From contig MCFH01000048.1 of assembly GCA_002104945.1 (NCBI GenBank), positions 1 through 64,000 on the forward strand: a DNA stretch of 64,000 nucleotides. The letters are read 5' to 3'. Below the pieces are notes generated by a model. It saw only the letters and a list, made by a program, of their open reading frames with translations. It was not told the DNA's origin and searched no databases. The stretch's first letter is position 1, and every line of letters starts with the position of its first letter. A program made the translations under genes and the position numbers. This stretch comes from Piromyces finnis finn. Its lineage: Eukaryota > Fungi > Neocallimastigomycota. Shown one piece after another: positions 1 through 14,187 of the stretch.

Positions 1-240
1 AAACTCAATTCTGTAACGATACGTAATTCCTACCAATACCGCTTTACCGACATATAGAACGTGTCAAAGTAAATGATAATAACCTTAAAAATGAATGAAT
101 AATTTTATGAAATATAACCCTTTCTTAAATAAATAATTTCTCTTTTTTATAATAATTCTGAGTAAAAACGACCTAATAGTGTAATAATAAAATAAATTAT
201 TAAATAAATAAAACGACTTAATCCAATAATGTATTAAAAT
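1..240 (+). repeat. Inverted duplicate of ~3705-3947 (RT fragment fused to family G LTR end)
   Basis: AAACTCAATTCTGTAACGATACGTAATTCC... is the reverse complement of the sequence ending at 3947, with several 1-nt indels. Confidence 0.85.
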
Positions 241-539
241 AAGATATATTTTATTTTTATTAGTTTTATTATTTTATTTTTGTTATCGTTTCTTCTTTTG
301 CTTCCTTCATCATAGCTTATTTCATTTTGATTATAATCTTCATATTTATTCATTTCTTTCTGTGAAATTCCATTACTCTTCTTCTTTTGCTTTAATATAT
401 TAATTTAGGGTTGGTTCAAAATGGATGTTTTATTATTGATTTATTAACATTATTTTATTTTTATCAATAATTTAGTAGATATACTTTTATTTTTGTGAAG
501 CACATTTATTGTATTTAAATTTTTGTTTAGACTGCAGAA

Positions 540-1252
540 AGATTGCATACTCCCATCAATTAATTTAAATAATTCCATCATCATAACTTTCAGGACATTC
601 GAAGTCTTGATGACCTACGTAAGCAATTTGCGCAAAAGTTTATTTTAAGTTCAGATAATTTTTGGGATAACTCTGAATTTCGTCGTTATTGTTAGTTATT
701 TTTAAGTATATTTCTTTCTTTCATTCTGTTATAAACTGGTTTATTATAATAGTTATCTTTTGTTCATTATTAATATCTTATTATTGTATTATTATTTAAA
801 TGATCGTTGTTGTTATTATTTTGATAATAGTTATTATAACCGTTTTATTGTTAGAACATCATAACTTGGTGTATTACTGTAAATTTTGTAGTTTGGATAT
901 TATTGTTGTTGAAGTTAGGGATATATCTGTTATTATATTATATTTTATATGTATTGTATTATTGTGCATTTTCTTAATTTGTCATTTTGTACTTGTATTG
1001 GTAGTAAATAAATGTCTAGCTTATTCTTTGTGTTGTATATATTTTCTATGATTTATTTTTCTTGAAGTTTATTGTATTTTCTTTTTTTTTTTTTTTTCCA
1101 GAGAGATTACTTTTCCTTTTTTTTCTTTCATTAGATTCATTATTTTCTCTTCTTCGAGGTTTTTCATGGAGTTTTCTAAGTTACTGGTTCTCCTTCCATA
1201 AGATTTCGTAAATTAGGTAATCTATTAAAAGTTATAATTTTTGTTTGTTTCC
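540..1252 (-). pseudogene. Frameshifted gag-like ORF remnant with CCHC zinc knuckle
   Basis: Minus strand ~591-634 reads CANCLR/GHQDFECP across a 2-nt gap. It lies in an Asn-rich broken frame starting near ATGGAAACAAAC at 1252. Confidence 0.4.
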
Positions 1253-1800
1253 ATTTTCTGTACTATTAGTATGTATTATTTAATATATTATATTATCTTT
1301 ATTAATTATTGCTATTTCCTATTTTATTTTTTTTTATCAATTAATGATTATTAATTTTTGATAATAATTATTATCTTACATTATTAAATGAAAAATTTTA
1401 TTATAGTTTATTATTTTTATATATATATTATATTTTAATTTAATTATTATATCAAGTCACGTAGCAATTTATATATTTAAAATATTTATTATTATTTGTA
1501 TATTTTATATCTCAATTTCTCTAATGTATTTAATTTACTTTATATAATGCATTTATATAACTTCATATGTTTTATTAATTGTTATTAAATATTATTATTA
1601 TTCACTATTAATATATTTCTTATTAAATTACATATATTTCTTATTATTTTAATGTGTAATTATTAAATTCTATTTTAAATTAATTAATTATTCTATTGAT
1701 TATATAATAACTTAATTTATTTTTCAATTTTTAATAATATTGCATTTTTTTTAAAAAAAGATGTAAATATTAATATTTAGCTTCACCGGCCTTTAAAGTT

Positions 1801-2340
1801 TGATACGAGAAGTTATCTTAATTCTATAAATGAATATAGAAAGTGATAATATCTGTATCTAAATTTTAATAAATAAAAATAGAAAATAAATAAATGATTT
1901 TTATACTTGTTCATCTGCAAGTCTTTGCTAGTTTAAAATATAAAATATTTTATTTAATTATAAAGTTTTAATATTTAATAACTCTTGTATTTTAAATATA
2001 TATATTATTATTATTCAATACATCTCATATGTATTATTATAATTACAAATATTATTTTATTAATTATATATTTAATTTTACTGGATTATTAGGAACATTT
2101 AATAAATTTAATATAATATATCTAATTTTACGGATTATTAGGAAAATTTTAAATGAACTTTTCTATTACTATTTATACAAAATTATTATTTAAGCATAAT
2201 TATAAACAAATATAAACTATTTAATTTAAAAAGAAATAAACAATTAAATATCATAAATTTTACATTTATAATTTCTAATTTAATAATTTTATGCAAGTTA
2301 ATTATTTTAATTTTTAACTATCTGTGTTTTAATAATAATT
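1801..2340. mobile_element. Partial LTR, family C (TGATAC...)
   Basis: Starts TGATACGAG. Homologous to 11823 onward and, inverted, to 20571-20621. Confidence 0.65.
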
Positions 2341-2894
2341 TGCAATTTATAATTTTGAATTTTACTTCAAAAAGTGATTATTATATTATATCTTACAGTA
2401 TAACCGTATAAGTATATTTTAAAATATTTTTTCATAAAAATTAAAATTGTTTTATAATAAACAAAAATTGTTTTATTAGAAACACTTGTTTTCTAATATT
2501 TAAATATTTAAAATTTTATTTATTAAATTATTAAAATGATTTTAAATTATAAAAATATTAACAAAACTATTAATTTTTCCTTGTTAATAATATAATTAAA
2601 ATAAGAATATTTACATGTATTTATATTTTCTTTTAATTTAAACTATTTACATTAAATAATAAATTAATAATATTTACAATAAAGTAATAAAAGTAATTAG
2701 AAATAGCAATAAAATAAATAATTAAAGTTAAAGGATATAAAAAGTTGTTTATTTACAATTAATAAAGTAATAATTATTTTAATATTTTAAAAAAGTGTTT
2801 ATTATATATTTTATAACTTATTTAAGTTACTTTTAGGGTTAACTTAAAAATCAGGTTATAATAATTTTATGTTTATTAATTTCATTATTTATCA
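2341..2894. mobile_element. Degenerate LTR, family F (...ATTTCATTATTTATCA)
   Basis: Homologous to 21410-22220, 38419-40228 and (inverted) 32720-33505. Confidence 0.7.
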
Positions 2895-2897
2895 CAA

Positions 2898-3870
2898 TGA
2901 TGCGTTGACGATATATTTTTGAATAATATAATGTTTTTATATAATAAATTCTATATTATTATTATGATGAAACAATAAATTTAAAAAAAATAAATATGTT
3001 TTATAATTAACAAATAAATCACTCAAAACTCGAAATAAACTCTTTATGTTTTAGATTAAATATTTATTATTTTTTAATTATTTATTATCTGTTTATTGTC
3101 TTTTTATTCTCTATTTATTGTCCGCCTTTTTATGAAGAAGAATTTTATTTCCTTTTATACATTTTTTATTAATGTATTATTTTTTTAAACATTAGATATT
3201 ATTATTACTATTGTCATTATTTATTAAAATTAAAAGAATAAATTAAAATTATTTTTAGTATTATAAAATATATAATTATTATTTGATCTTCTTTTACTTC
3301 AAAGTGTTTAAACTAAAAAATTATTATAAACTATCATTAACTATCATTAAATGTATAATACTTGAATAAAATAATTAAAATTTAAAATTAAAATAAATTA
3401 AAATAAATTAAAACAAAATTAAAATATTAAAAGTATCGATTATTATAAACACTCATTTTATACAGAAACATAAAAGATTCTGTATTTTATCTTTAGAATT
3501 GTTATTATTATTCTATTTCCAGGTTTTAAGTTTATCATTTTTAGTAATAATTACCAATTATTTATTTATTAATTTAATATGTAAATTTAAAGAATTGGAT
3601 AAAACACTAAAATTAATAATTTGATGTATACCATTTTTTTTTGGTTTATTTATTTATTTTTATTTATTATTTATTTATTTTATTTATTTATTTATTATTT
3701 TATTTTAATAATTATTGGATTAAGTCGTTTTATTTATTTAATATTTTTTTTATTATCATTTAGGTCGTTTTTACTCAGAATTTATTATATAATAAAGAGA
3801 ATATTATTTATTTAAGAAAGGGTTATATTTTCATAAAATTATTATTCATCATTTTTAAGGGTTATTATCA
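2898..3870. mobile_element. LTR, family G (TGATGCGTTGAC...)
   Basis: Long homology with 35458-36477. The right boundary is uncertain. Confidence 0.65.
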
Positions 3871-3874
3871 TTTA

Positions 3875-6800
3875 CTTTGACACGTTCTATAATGTCGGTA
3901 ATAAGCGGTATTGGGTAGGAATTACGTATCGTTACAGAATTGAGTTTTTTATAATCAAACAAACTCTAAGTACCATCTTTCTTTTTCTGAAACACCCTGG
4001 ATATCCTGCGGTGATTCGGATGGTCTAATAAAGCCTTTTCTAAATTTTCCTTGATATACTCTTCTAAAACTTTTGATTCTTCTTCTGATAAAGGATAGAT
4101 GGGACCATAATGAAGAGTAGCATCTTTTTCTAGTACTATTTTGCAATCTGTAATTCTATGTGGCGGTAGTTTATCAGCTTCTTGTTTGCTGGAAAACTTT
4201 TTGCCCAAATTCGATAGGGTCTGGAATATCCTCAATAGTATGTTCTTCTAAATTGCTTACTTCTTCTGGTTTTTCGGACAAAAAAGTATGAATTAAATAA
4301 TTATAATTATATCCATCATAATTATTTTTATTTAATATAACTTTTTAGAAAATTTGGAACGTTTAGCTTTGAATTTGTGGAATCGACCATTTTCTTCTTC
4401 TTAAAGGTTTTGGATCTGAAATAAAAATTATGAATTTTATTTTTTAAATTATAAAAAGTAGCGGAATATTTTTTATCATTATTTGCACCTGTAGAAGTGG
4501 TAGGTGTAGTATTCTTATCATTTCTATTATAAGAAATGAATTTTTCTAAATTTAAAAACTTAGTAGCATGCTTCATATTGAATTTCTTTTTGTTAAAATC
4601 ATATTTTAAATTTGAATATAAATATTTTTATTATAATTATAATGAATTTCATATTTGGACATGAATATATTTCCAAATAATAAATCTGTCGGAATATAAT
4701 CCGCAAGTAAAAATTTTTCTTTGAAATTGATGAAATGAAATTTATTGTTGATAAATAGTTTTAACTGGAAGTTTAGGTTGATATATTCATCAAGTTCAAT
4801 TGAAGTACCACTGATACCTTGTACAGTGATAACATTATTCATTTTGTGAGAATGTAATTGTAATGTACGTAATAGTTTGTACGACATAAATTACAATAAG
4901 ATCCACTATCTAATAGTGATGTACATATAGTTTTATTATGTATTTTATTTGTACCTCCATTATTGGATAATATATATGTATTAAAAGTAAAGAATGTTGA
5001 AGGTAACGTATTATCTTTATTGATAGTGGGAAAAGTATAGTTTAATATTTTTATATTCGAGTGGTGATGGGACTTCAATGGAAGTCCTTTATTTAGTTTT
5101 TTGAACTAATTTTTTGAGCCTTATAATTGTTGTTATAGTAATTATTATTATGTTTTTGGAAGTTATTGCTATTGTTATTGTTATTGTTATTGTTGTTGTA
5201 TGGTCTGTGGTGGTTGAAATGTGAATTTCTTTTCTTGTTAGATTTGGAACTGGAAGACTGGGGTAATCTTATTCTTTGTAGAAAGAGAACTTTCAATCAA
5301 AATACATCTAGTTATAATGGACTCCATAGTGGTTGGAAAATACCTCCATCTTTTCAATTTCTTCCCTGATATTTTGGATGTAACCCATTGTAAAAGATTA
5401 AAGATAATGCTTCTTCATTCCATTTAAATTGTTGTGAAAGAGAGCGGAATTCTTCGATATAATCATTTATTTTACCATATTGTTGTTTTAAACGAATTAT
5501 TTTGATTTTAGCTATCTTGTAACTAGCAACATTGGAGAAAGCAATTCTTAATCCATCCAATAATTCTTGCATGGTAGCTGGATAAATATTATCCTTGTAC
5601 TTGGCAAGATACCAATTTCTAGCAGCATCACGAAGACGGGATTGTACAAAATTAATTTTTGTTTCTTCTGGTAAAGATCGATTTGGTAGAGTTTTAAAAG
5701 TATCTTCACATAATTGACAAAATAGATCGGTCTCACTAGTCTTACCGGAAAAACATACCTGGATCTGGGACTTGAGTAATTGGAGTAGCAAAACGACCTC
5801 TCATGATAACATCATGATCTAAGTCAAATCTTGTTGAAGTAGATTCATCATCTCTAAAGGCAGTAGGTCTTGGAGTAGCTATCCTATCATAGTTGGTATG
5901 TAACAATGGATGTTCATCTTCATTCTGAGTAACTTGACTATTATTCATACTGGTTAATACTCCCATGATTTCATTTAAACGATTGTTCACATCATTGGAA
6001 AAATTTTGAAAATCTTCACGGAAAACCAAATTTTCATTGATACCCTCAATGATATATTTGGCAGTCTGAGTAGCATCCTCTCTAAGTTGGTTTACCTCGT
6101 CTGGGAAGTTAGGAACTGGAGTGAACATTCTAAAGTAGCCACTAAACAGCGGGTAAAGATTATTGTTAAGTTTTTTGGATTTGGTTATGCGGCCAGGTCA
6201 GAATGTTATCAATTATATAGTAGATATGTTTTTTAAGAAATTAAATTTAAATATAAAATAACCCTTTAAACTTCCAAATGAGAAATTAATATTTATTCTT
6301 TAGAATAACTTTTTTTATAAAATTTTATTTATTTATTAATAATAATATAAATGATAATATATTTAATAACTATATAATTAAGATTATAACTATAATCTTT
6401 ACAAAGAATTAAAATCGAATTCAATTCATTCTATTTTATATTCTTTTTTCAGATTATTAAATTGATGAAAATAAAGTATTACATGTAATATGTTAATAAT
6501 ATAATAAGATTGTTTGTTTGTCTGTTTGTTTTGTCATGACATAAAATAAAATAAACATATGATTAATCATTTAAACACTTGATCCATTAACCTATTTTAT
6601 AATAATTAAAATTATTTAATTTATAAATGTTAACTGTTACACCTAAATGGTTTAGTTCTATTTTTAGTAACAGTCACTATCATTAATTAAATTAATATAA
6701 TTAGAATTTCTATTGATATCTTTTTAATTTTCGTCAAGTCATAAGAAATGTCTATGATCCATACTTGATATCATATTAATTTTAATTTACTTATTAAAAT

Positions 6801-7158
6801 CTTCAAATGATCATATCTTCCTTAAATGACCAGTTAGAAGGACCGCGATTGTACCAAAATGTAGCTTTTTCCTTAAGCTTTCTAATAAACCTGGTTTCAT
6901 AGCCGTAGCACTTACAGCCGTAGCGATCGTTTTTGGCGAGTTACACCTTGTTTCGTGTTTGTTTATTTTTGGTTAAGGGTTATAGTGTATTGATATTAAA
7001 TTTTTTGAAATCATAACCCTTTCACTGAATCAAAATTTAAAAGGTGACTTTTAAAGGTGTTTTAAAATAATTATTGGGATTATTTAATTCTAATTATTAT
7101 GTTTAATTAATTATAGATATTATCTGAATTTGTTTTAAATCCAGTTAATATCTTCACA
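3875..7158 (-). mobile_element. 3'-truncated, frameshifted Ty3/Gypsy element, family B (5' LTR, gag, protease, start of RT)
   Basis: LTR 6164-7158 (TGTTAAG...TTCACA; TSD-bounded solo copy at 39173-40176). Fragments: gag (FVQSRLRDAARNW), protease (LLDSGS), RT start (LPPHR..CKI; DYKKLNSVTIRNSYPIPLI across indels). Confidence 0.9.
3880..6128 (-). pseudogene. Broken gag-pol of family B
   Basis: ORF pieces 5742-6128, 5354-5791, 5093-5296, 4839-5078, 4606-4887, 4328-4576 and 3966-4235 join by frameshifts. Confidence 0.85.
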
Positions 7159-7159
7159 A

Positions 7160-7196
<37 letters not shown>

Positions 7197-7216
7197 AATT
7201 CATAATTTATAAAATT

Positions 7217-7712
7217 TGTAAAAGGTTTATTATAATATTAGTTAATAGGTTATTAAATTAGTTAATTAAGTTAGTTATTACCTCTCTATACGAGTTAATA
7301 ACTAAATAAAGTTTTATAAAAAATAATAAAAGAAGGAAAATAAATATTATAACACTAAAATAAATATAAACACTTATATAAATATTTTATGAAATAACTT
7401 TTACTTAAATAATTATATTTTAATTATATCTTTTATTTATTAATTATAATTATCTACATTAATTATTATTATAGTTATTAATTTACTTTAATACTAACGC
7501 TAAAGTATTTAACGTTAGTTTTGACTATACTATTTAACTATATGAGTTTATTTTCTTTACCACTTGATTGGGTAAAGCAAATAAACTTCCTATTTAATTA
7601 ATAACCATTAATATATGGTTATGCATATATTTGGCCAATAAATGGTGACCAGAATATATGGTTTCAATTGAAATATTTGTGGGCAAACTTATGGCCACAA
7701 ATATTTCTTACA
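7217..7712 (-). mobile_element. Solo LTR, family A
   Basis: TGTAAAAGG...TCTTACA, near-identical to 26770-27264 and 33874-34368. 5-bp TSD AAATT at 7212-7216 and 7713-7717. Confidence 0.95.
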
Positions 7713-7724
7713 AAATTCAACAAA

Positions 7725-7796
7725 GGAGGGTTGGCGCAACGGTAGCGCGTCCGCCTCCAGAGCGGAAGGTTGGGTGTTCGAATCACTCACTCTCCA
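7725..7796 (+). tRNA. tRNA-Trp (CCA)
   Basis: Cloverleaf: acceptor GGAGGGT/ACTCTCC, D stem GCGC, anticodon arm TCCGC-CTCCAGA-GCGGA, TTCGAAT loop. Followed by a T run. Confidence 0.97.
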
Positions 7797-7896
7797 TTTT
7801 TATATATTTTTCGTTTAATCTTTTTGAGTATTTGTAATGACTTGATTTATACAATTGTATTCAATAGCAAAAAATAACAATAAAAAATAGAAATAA

Positions 7897-7929
<33 letters not shown>

Positions 7930-8788
7930 GCATTTATGTAAACATAAATTTTATTAGTAATAATCGAATTTCTTAAAATTACATGTATCCATCTTAAATA
8001 AAAATAAAAGTAGGATGTAAAATTTTTATGACACAAGTTTAAATAGATCGAAAAAAGTAGAATTTGAATGATATGTTTTTATTTACTCATTCTATAAGTT
8101 TTATATTGTTAAATTTAAAAATTTAAAAACATTTCATTTTATAGCATTAATTATTAGTTTTAATTAATATAATGCGTCTTGCTATATATTAAAAATATAT
8201 TAATTTATTACTTTCATATAATTTTCGTGAGTTTTTAAAATAATATTTTCTATTTATACATTTATTTATAGGCAAAAGTTGTTTATATTCTACATTTTTA
8301 AAATTTAATTAAATATTTATTTACTATTTTAATTTTATATTAGATTCATTAAAAAATTTTCATAATATTTTATTATGATTATTATTTTTGTTGTCAGTAA
8401 TGATTATTTATATCATTGAGTATAAATCAATCTTTTAATCGTGACATTTTATTAATAAATACCCAAAATTTTTAGTATTTTTATAATAATAGTTATAATA
8501 TTATATATAACACATATAAATAATATTTGTATAATAAGTTTATTTATTATTTTATATTTATTATTATTATTTATTTATTAATATTAATAATTATTGATAT
8601 TTATTATTCACATAATACAAGTATATAATAATATCTTTTCTTATCCATTGAATAGAGTTACATTTTAATTATTGTAAAATTATATTTTTCATATAATTAA
8701 TTTAATTAATAAATAAAGATTAAATAATGAATATTTTTATAATTAATTAATAGTAAACAAAAAATAAATTATTAACACAAAACAAAAA

Positions 8789-8860
8789 TGGAGAGTGAGT
8801 GATTCGAACACCCAACCTTCCGCTCTGGAGGCGGACGCGCTACCGTTGCGCCAACCCTCC
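8789..8860 (-). tRNA. tRNA-Trp (CCA), identical convergent copy
   Basis: Exact reverse complement of 7725-7796, with its own T-run terminator. Confidence 0.97.
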
Positions 8861-8872
8861 TTTCTTGAAATT

Positions 8873-9489
8873 TGTCAAAAAGCGATTTTTTATTAAAGAA
8901 AAGTGTGGTAAGCACACTAGTTATATTAATTAATAAATATAATACGCTTTCCTATTGAAGGCGTAAAGCTAATAATATTTATATAAAGAAATTTAAATAA
9001 TATTTTTATTTTAGCAATAACTTAATATCAGCATATATTAAGTTATTAAAAATATTAAAATTTTTAAAGTTTTAGGTTTTATAGGAGTTTATAAATTTTA
9101 TTAACTTTAGGTTAAAAAATTACTAACGCTAAAGCTTCGTAATTTTTGTCAATTTTTGTTCTTTTTATACATGAACAATTTTAATTATTACATTTTTTAA
9201 TTTTAATTAATTATTGTCTAATTATAAAATATTTAATTTTTATAAATTAATAATTAATATAATTATTGTAAATAGTTAATAAATTTAAAATAAAATTTTT
9301 AATAATAAAATTTTAATAATTTTAAAAATTTAATAATTTCAAATATTAGAAATTTTATACTTTGAAATTTTTTAATAAAAATTTAAAAAATAAATTTTTT
9401 CAAATTTTCAAATTTTCAAATTTTAAAAAAATTTTTAATTTTTTCCATGTGTCCAAATTTTTTAAATTTTTATATATGTTATTGTGACA
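8873..9489. mobile_element. Solo LTR, family D (related to A)
   Basis: TGTCA...TGACA termini and 5-bp TSD AAATT. Shares TACTAACGCTAAAG with family A. Inverted partial copy at 12889-13415. Confidence 0.9.
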
Positions 9490-9496
9490 AAATTTT

Positions 9497-11022
9497 TGAT
9501 AAAGAATGAAATTTATAAATAGTGAATTAATAGAATAGCTGATTTTAATGTCACGAATACTAGTGAAATTACAATTTCAAGATCACTTGGAATTGTGAAA
9601 TCACTTATGAAAATTCAAAATCAACAAATATTTTATTTTCAAATAAATTATAAAATTTTATTAAGAAATATTTAAAAATTTAGAAAAGGTTAAAATATGA
9701 CCTTAACCCTTAATAATTTTTATAATAAATAACTTTAACCCTTATCGTTAAAATGGAATAAGAAAAAACACGCGTATCTCCTCAACGAATGACGATTTTT
9801 GAATAATAATATTTTGGTTATAATTACGTTCGTTAGAAAGCCACGCTCGAGACAAACAACATATCTTAAAATCAGGTCAATATCTCTGCTGGTTCACGAG
9901 ATATTCCAATTTAAAGATATTTTGTTAGCAATGATTAATTGTTTATTCAGAGAATGATCACCCCTGATATATCAAACATAAATCATTCACTCAAAGTATA
10001 AAAAATTATTGTTTAATTAAATTAAAATTATTTTCCGGAACTAATTAACTTTATTTTATAATAATTATTTCAATAACATAATTTATAATCTTTGAACTAG
10101 AGGATTATAATTATTAATATTATATTCAATGAATTATATTATAATTAAGAAATAATTAATATTATAAATATATAAACAATAGTTATTTTTAATAATTAGT
10201 AGTAAGTCTTAAGTTTAGCCTTAGTATTATAAAATATATTATGAATATAATCATGTACTAAAAAGTTATTTTAGTATTAAATGTAAAATTACAAATAGTA
10301 TAAATAGTTTAGAATAGTTTTATGAATTAAATCTTTGTAAAGATTATTATCTTATTAATACTTAATAAGTATTACTATTAAATAATCTTATTATTATATA
10401 TATTCTTTAAATAAAATAAAAAGGAATTATTTTAACTATAATACATAATATAATTATTCATTTATAAATCAATTAAGATTATTTTAATAAAACATTTTTT
10501 TTTCTAACCTAGTTATCTTTTAACCTTTTATTTAATTTGATATTTTAATATTAAATTATAAGTTTAGTAAAACTTTTACATTTAAAATTATATAAATTAA
10601 AATAATAGTAAATAATCAAAATAATATAAAATATAAATGTTTAATTAAATTTTAAAAATGTAAAATAGAAACAACTTTTGTTTATAAACAAACTTAAATG
10701 TAATTATTTATTATAATTAGAAATAGAAAATATTATTTTTAAAGATTGTTACTAATTAGCCAGGAAAATTAGAATATTTTAAAATTATAATAAATTAATA
10801 TATATTTTTTTTTATATAATACATAGCGAGATGTATTATATATTTATTTTAAATAAATAAACTAATATTATAAAACAAGATGTGTTTTTAAAACTTTAAA
10901 TTTTATTTATAAATTATATAAAACTTGTAGAATGAGCAAGTAAAAATAAATCATTCAAATACACACCAAATATACCACTTTCTAAGCTTATTTAGAATTA
11001 AGGTATATTTGAACGTGTGTCA
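9497..11022. mobile_element. LTR-like unit L (possibly composite)
   Basis: TGATAAAG...GTGTCA flanked by TTTT on both sides. No second copy in the window. Confidence 0.5.
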
Positions 11023-11028
11023 TTTTTG

Positions 11029-11819
11029 TGTAAGAAATAATAATTATTTGATACATAATTAATATTTCTTAGTTAAAATCATTAATTATTAATCATTAAT
11101 TAATGTTATTAATATTAGTTTATTTAAATAATTATTCTTATTTAAATTTATTTTAATTATTTATTTTCACTTAATTTTAATATCTTAAATTACATTTAGC
11201 CATTTAATTATATTATTCATTAATATTTTATTTAATATTTTTATTAATTATATTTATGCATTTAATTAATTAATTAATTACTTTTATTTAACTTTATATT
11301 TTTATCAAATATATTTTATTTATTTAATTAATTACTTTAAAATAATTATTCATTGTTTAGGAATCGATATTTTAAGGTTTTTTCCAATTTCTAAAATAAT
11401 TGGTTTTACTTAAAATATACGATGATCAATATGTATAGAATGTTGATCGAACTTTGTTTAGGTTTTTCTTCTAATCTTTTCCTAAACAAAAAATTATTTT
11501 GTTAAGATTAGATAAAATTTTAATTTAAACTTTAAATTTATTAAATAATATAAATAAGATTCTTGATTCTCTTCTAAGGAATCAAGAGTTATTATTATAA
11601 GAAACAAATTATAATAATAAAAGTGTTTTTAATTTTATTTTACTTAACTTAGTTATAATAAAACATATTAACTTATTAAAGTGTAAAATTATTTCTACTC
11701 TTATAATAAACTCGAACTTAAAGATAAGTATTAATATTTATTTTTTTTTTATTCTCAATTTATCAATAAATTGTAGTTAATAATTCTATTATATAATAAT
11801 TTATAATGGAATTATTACA
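11029..11819 (+). mobile_element. Solo LTR related to the 47886-54000 element
   Basis: TGTAAGAA...ATTATTACA with 5-bp TSD TTTTG. Internal blocks are collinear with 47886-48716, including AGAGTTATTAT. Confidence 0.88.
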
Positions 11820-11822
11820 TTT

Positions 11823-12297
11823 TGATACAGTAGAAAATATTATCTTAATTCTATAAATGAATATAGAAAGTGATAATATTTGTATCTAAAATTTAATAAA
11901 TAAAAATAAATAAGAAAATAAAAATAGAATAAATGATTTTTATACTTGTTCATTTGCAAGTGTTAGTTAGTTTTTAATATAAAATGTTATTTTATTTAAT
12001 TATAAAATTATTATATTATCATATTATTTAATAACTCTAGTATTATTAAATAATTAAAATTTAATACATCTAGTATGTATTATAAATGTTGTAAAATAAA
12101 TATTGTTTTATTAAGTATAAATATCTAATTTTTCTCTCTTGGATAATTAGTAACCATAATATATAAATTTAATATAACTATATCTAATTTTTATGGATTA
12201 TTAGGAACATCTTTTAAAATAAAATAATTCTATTACTATTTATATAAAATTATTATTTTAAAGTATAAATATAAACAAATATAAACTATTTAATTTA

Positions 12298-12328
<31 letters not shown>

Positions 12329-12881
12329 TTTACATTTATAATTTTTAATTTAATAATTTTATACAAGTTAATTATTTTAATTTTTAACTATCTGTGTTTT
12401 AATATTATTATTATTATTATTATTATTATAAATTCATAATTTATAAATTTAATTATTTATCATGATATAAAAATAATATGTGACTTGAGCATATTATTAT
12501 ATTAGTAATTTTTCCTAATATTAAATTTATATAGATTTATTATAATATTAATTATTTCTACAATGTATAAGAATATAATGTAAATGTACGACAAATGTAA
12601 TATCATGTAATGTAAAAGAGCATTGTAAATGAATGATCCATATAGTTCCAGCCTTATAATTGGTCAATTAATTATTAAGTAAGCCTCATTAGTATAAATA
12701 GACTAGAATAAATATTATTAAAAAGGGCTTCTTGTTTTAGTTAGAATTTTAATATTTGACAACGACAGAACGTTTTAGTATTTAGACAGAATAGAAATAT
12801 TGGAACGTTATAAATAAAATTATTAATAAAATATATATTAATTAAAGTTTAATTCTTTCTACATAAAATTAACCCGTATCA
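11823..12881. mobile_element. LTR, family C
   Basis: TGATAC...CGTATCA, homologous to 1801-2340. The right TSD is not resolved. Confidence 0.6.
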
Positions 12882-12888
12882 ATCAATT

Positions 12889-13415
12889 TGTCACAATAAC
12901 ATATATAAAAATTTAAAAAATTTGGACACATGGAAAAAATTTATTTTTTAAATTTTTATTAAAAAAATTCAAAGTATAAAATTTCTAATATTTGAAATTA
13001 TTAAAATTTTTTTAAAATTATTAAAATTTTATTATTAAAAATTTTATTTTAAATTTATTAACTATTTACAATAATTATATTACTTATTAATTTATAAAAA
13101 TTAAGTATTTTATAATTGAACAATAATTAATTAAAATTAAAAAATGTAACAATTAAAATTGTTCATGTATAAAAAGAACAAAAATTGACAAAAATTACGA
13201 AGCTTTAGCGTTAGTAATTTTTTAACTTAAATTTAATAAAATTTATAAACTCCAATAAAACCTAAAACTTTAAAAATTTTAATATTTTTAATAACTTAAT
13301 ATATGCTGATATTAAGTTATTGCTAAAATAAAAATATTATTTAATTTTCTTTATATAAATATTATAAGCTTAACGCCTTCAATAGGAAAGCGTATTATAT
13401 TTGTTAATTAATATA
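12889..13415. mobile_element. Truncated inverted family D LTR
   Basis: Reverse complement of ~8925-9489. Confidence 0.85.
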
Positions 13416-14150
13416 TGTAAAGTGGGCTAGGATTGGTATGTAACTTGGTCAGAATGTTTCATATAATATAACTTAATTTACCAATAAAATATTAAACTTA
13501 TTTATTATTAAACCTTTTCTTCAGAACTTATTAAAGAATTTAAATAATACTAATTTAAAATTAAATAGGTTTTTATATTTAAAATAAAAATTTTAATATA
13601 ATTTAATTACGAAATTTGTTTATTAATTATTTGTTTATGAAGATAATATTTATTAAGTTATATTATAGTTAACAATTAATAATTAATAATCTTACAAAGA
13701 ATTTCAAAATTGATTTCAATTCTTTGTTTAAATACTTTTTTCTTACATATAATAAAATTACATTGATATTAATATTGATATTAATAATAAAGATAAAAAT
13801 AAAATAATTTTAAATTAAAATATTAATAATTGATATTGATATTAATAATATGAATTCATATGATAGATCTTAAGATTAATCTTTTAAATTGCTTTTAAAA
13901 TAAAAGTATTGTTTTAACCATTTTAAATTGTAAATATTTAATATTATAAATTGAGAATAACAATTACTGATACTAATTATATATTCTCATGATTAATTAA
14001 TTAATAATTATAACTAATGATTTTTGATCCAAAGGCTTTTTGGCTTGATTATGATTAAGGTTATTAATCAAAATTATTTGAAAAATTATTAATTGATTTT
14101 TATAATTGATTAGGTTTGTAATCAAGAATATTTATTATCTAACCTTATTT

Positions 14151-14153
<3 letters not shown>

Positions 14154-14187
<34 letters not shown>

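Noticed and set aside
800-1051. 83-aa hydrophobic ORF and similar tiny AT-rich ORFs (3621, 5166, 7815, 56542, 56780)
   Set aside because: They are antisense to Asn-rich tracts or chance frames in low-complexity DNA.
6171-6203. TTCTGACC... as the PBS of element B
   Set aside because: The TSD-bounded solo copy (39173-40176) shows this sequence is inside the LTR. The real PBS is 6153-6163.
8873-13415. DNA transposon with long terminal inverted repeats
   Set aside because: The inverted arms are two family D LTR copies. The left one has its own TSD, and no transposase lies between them.
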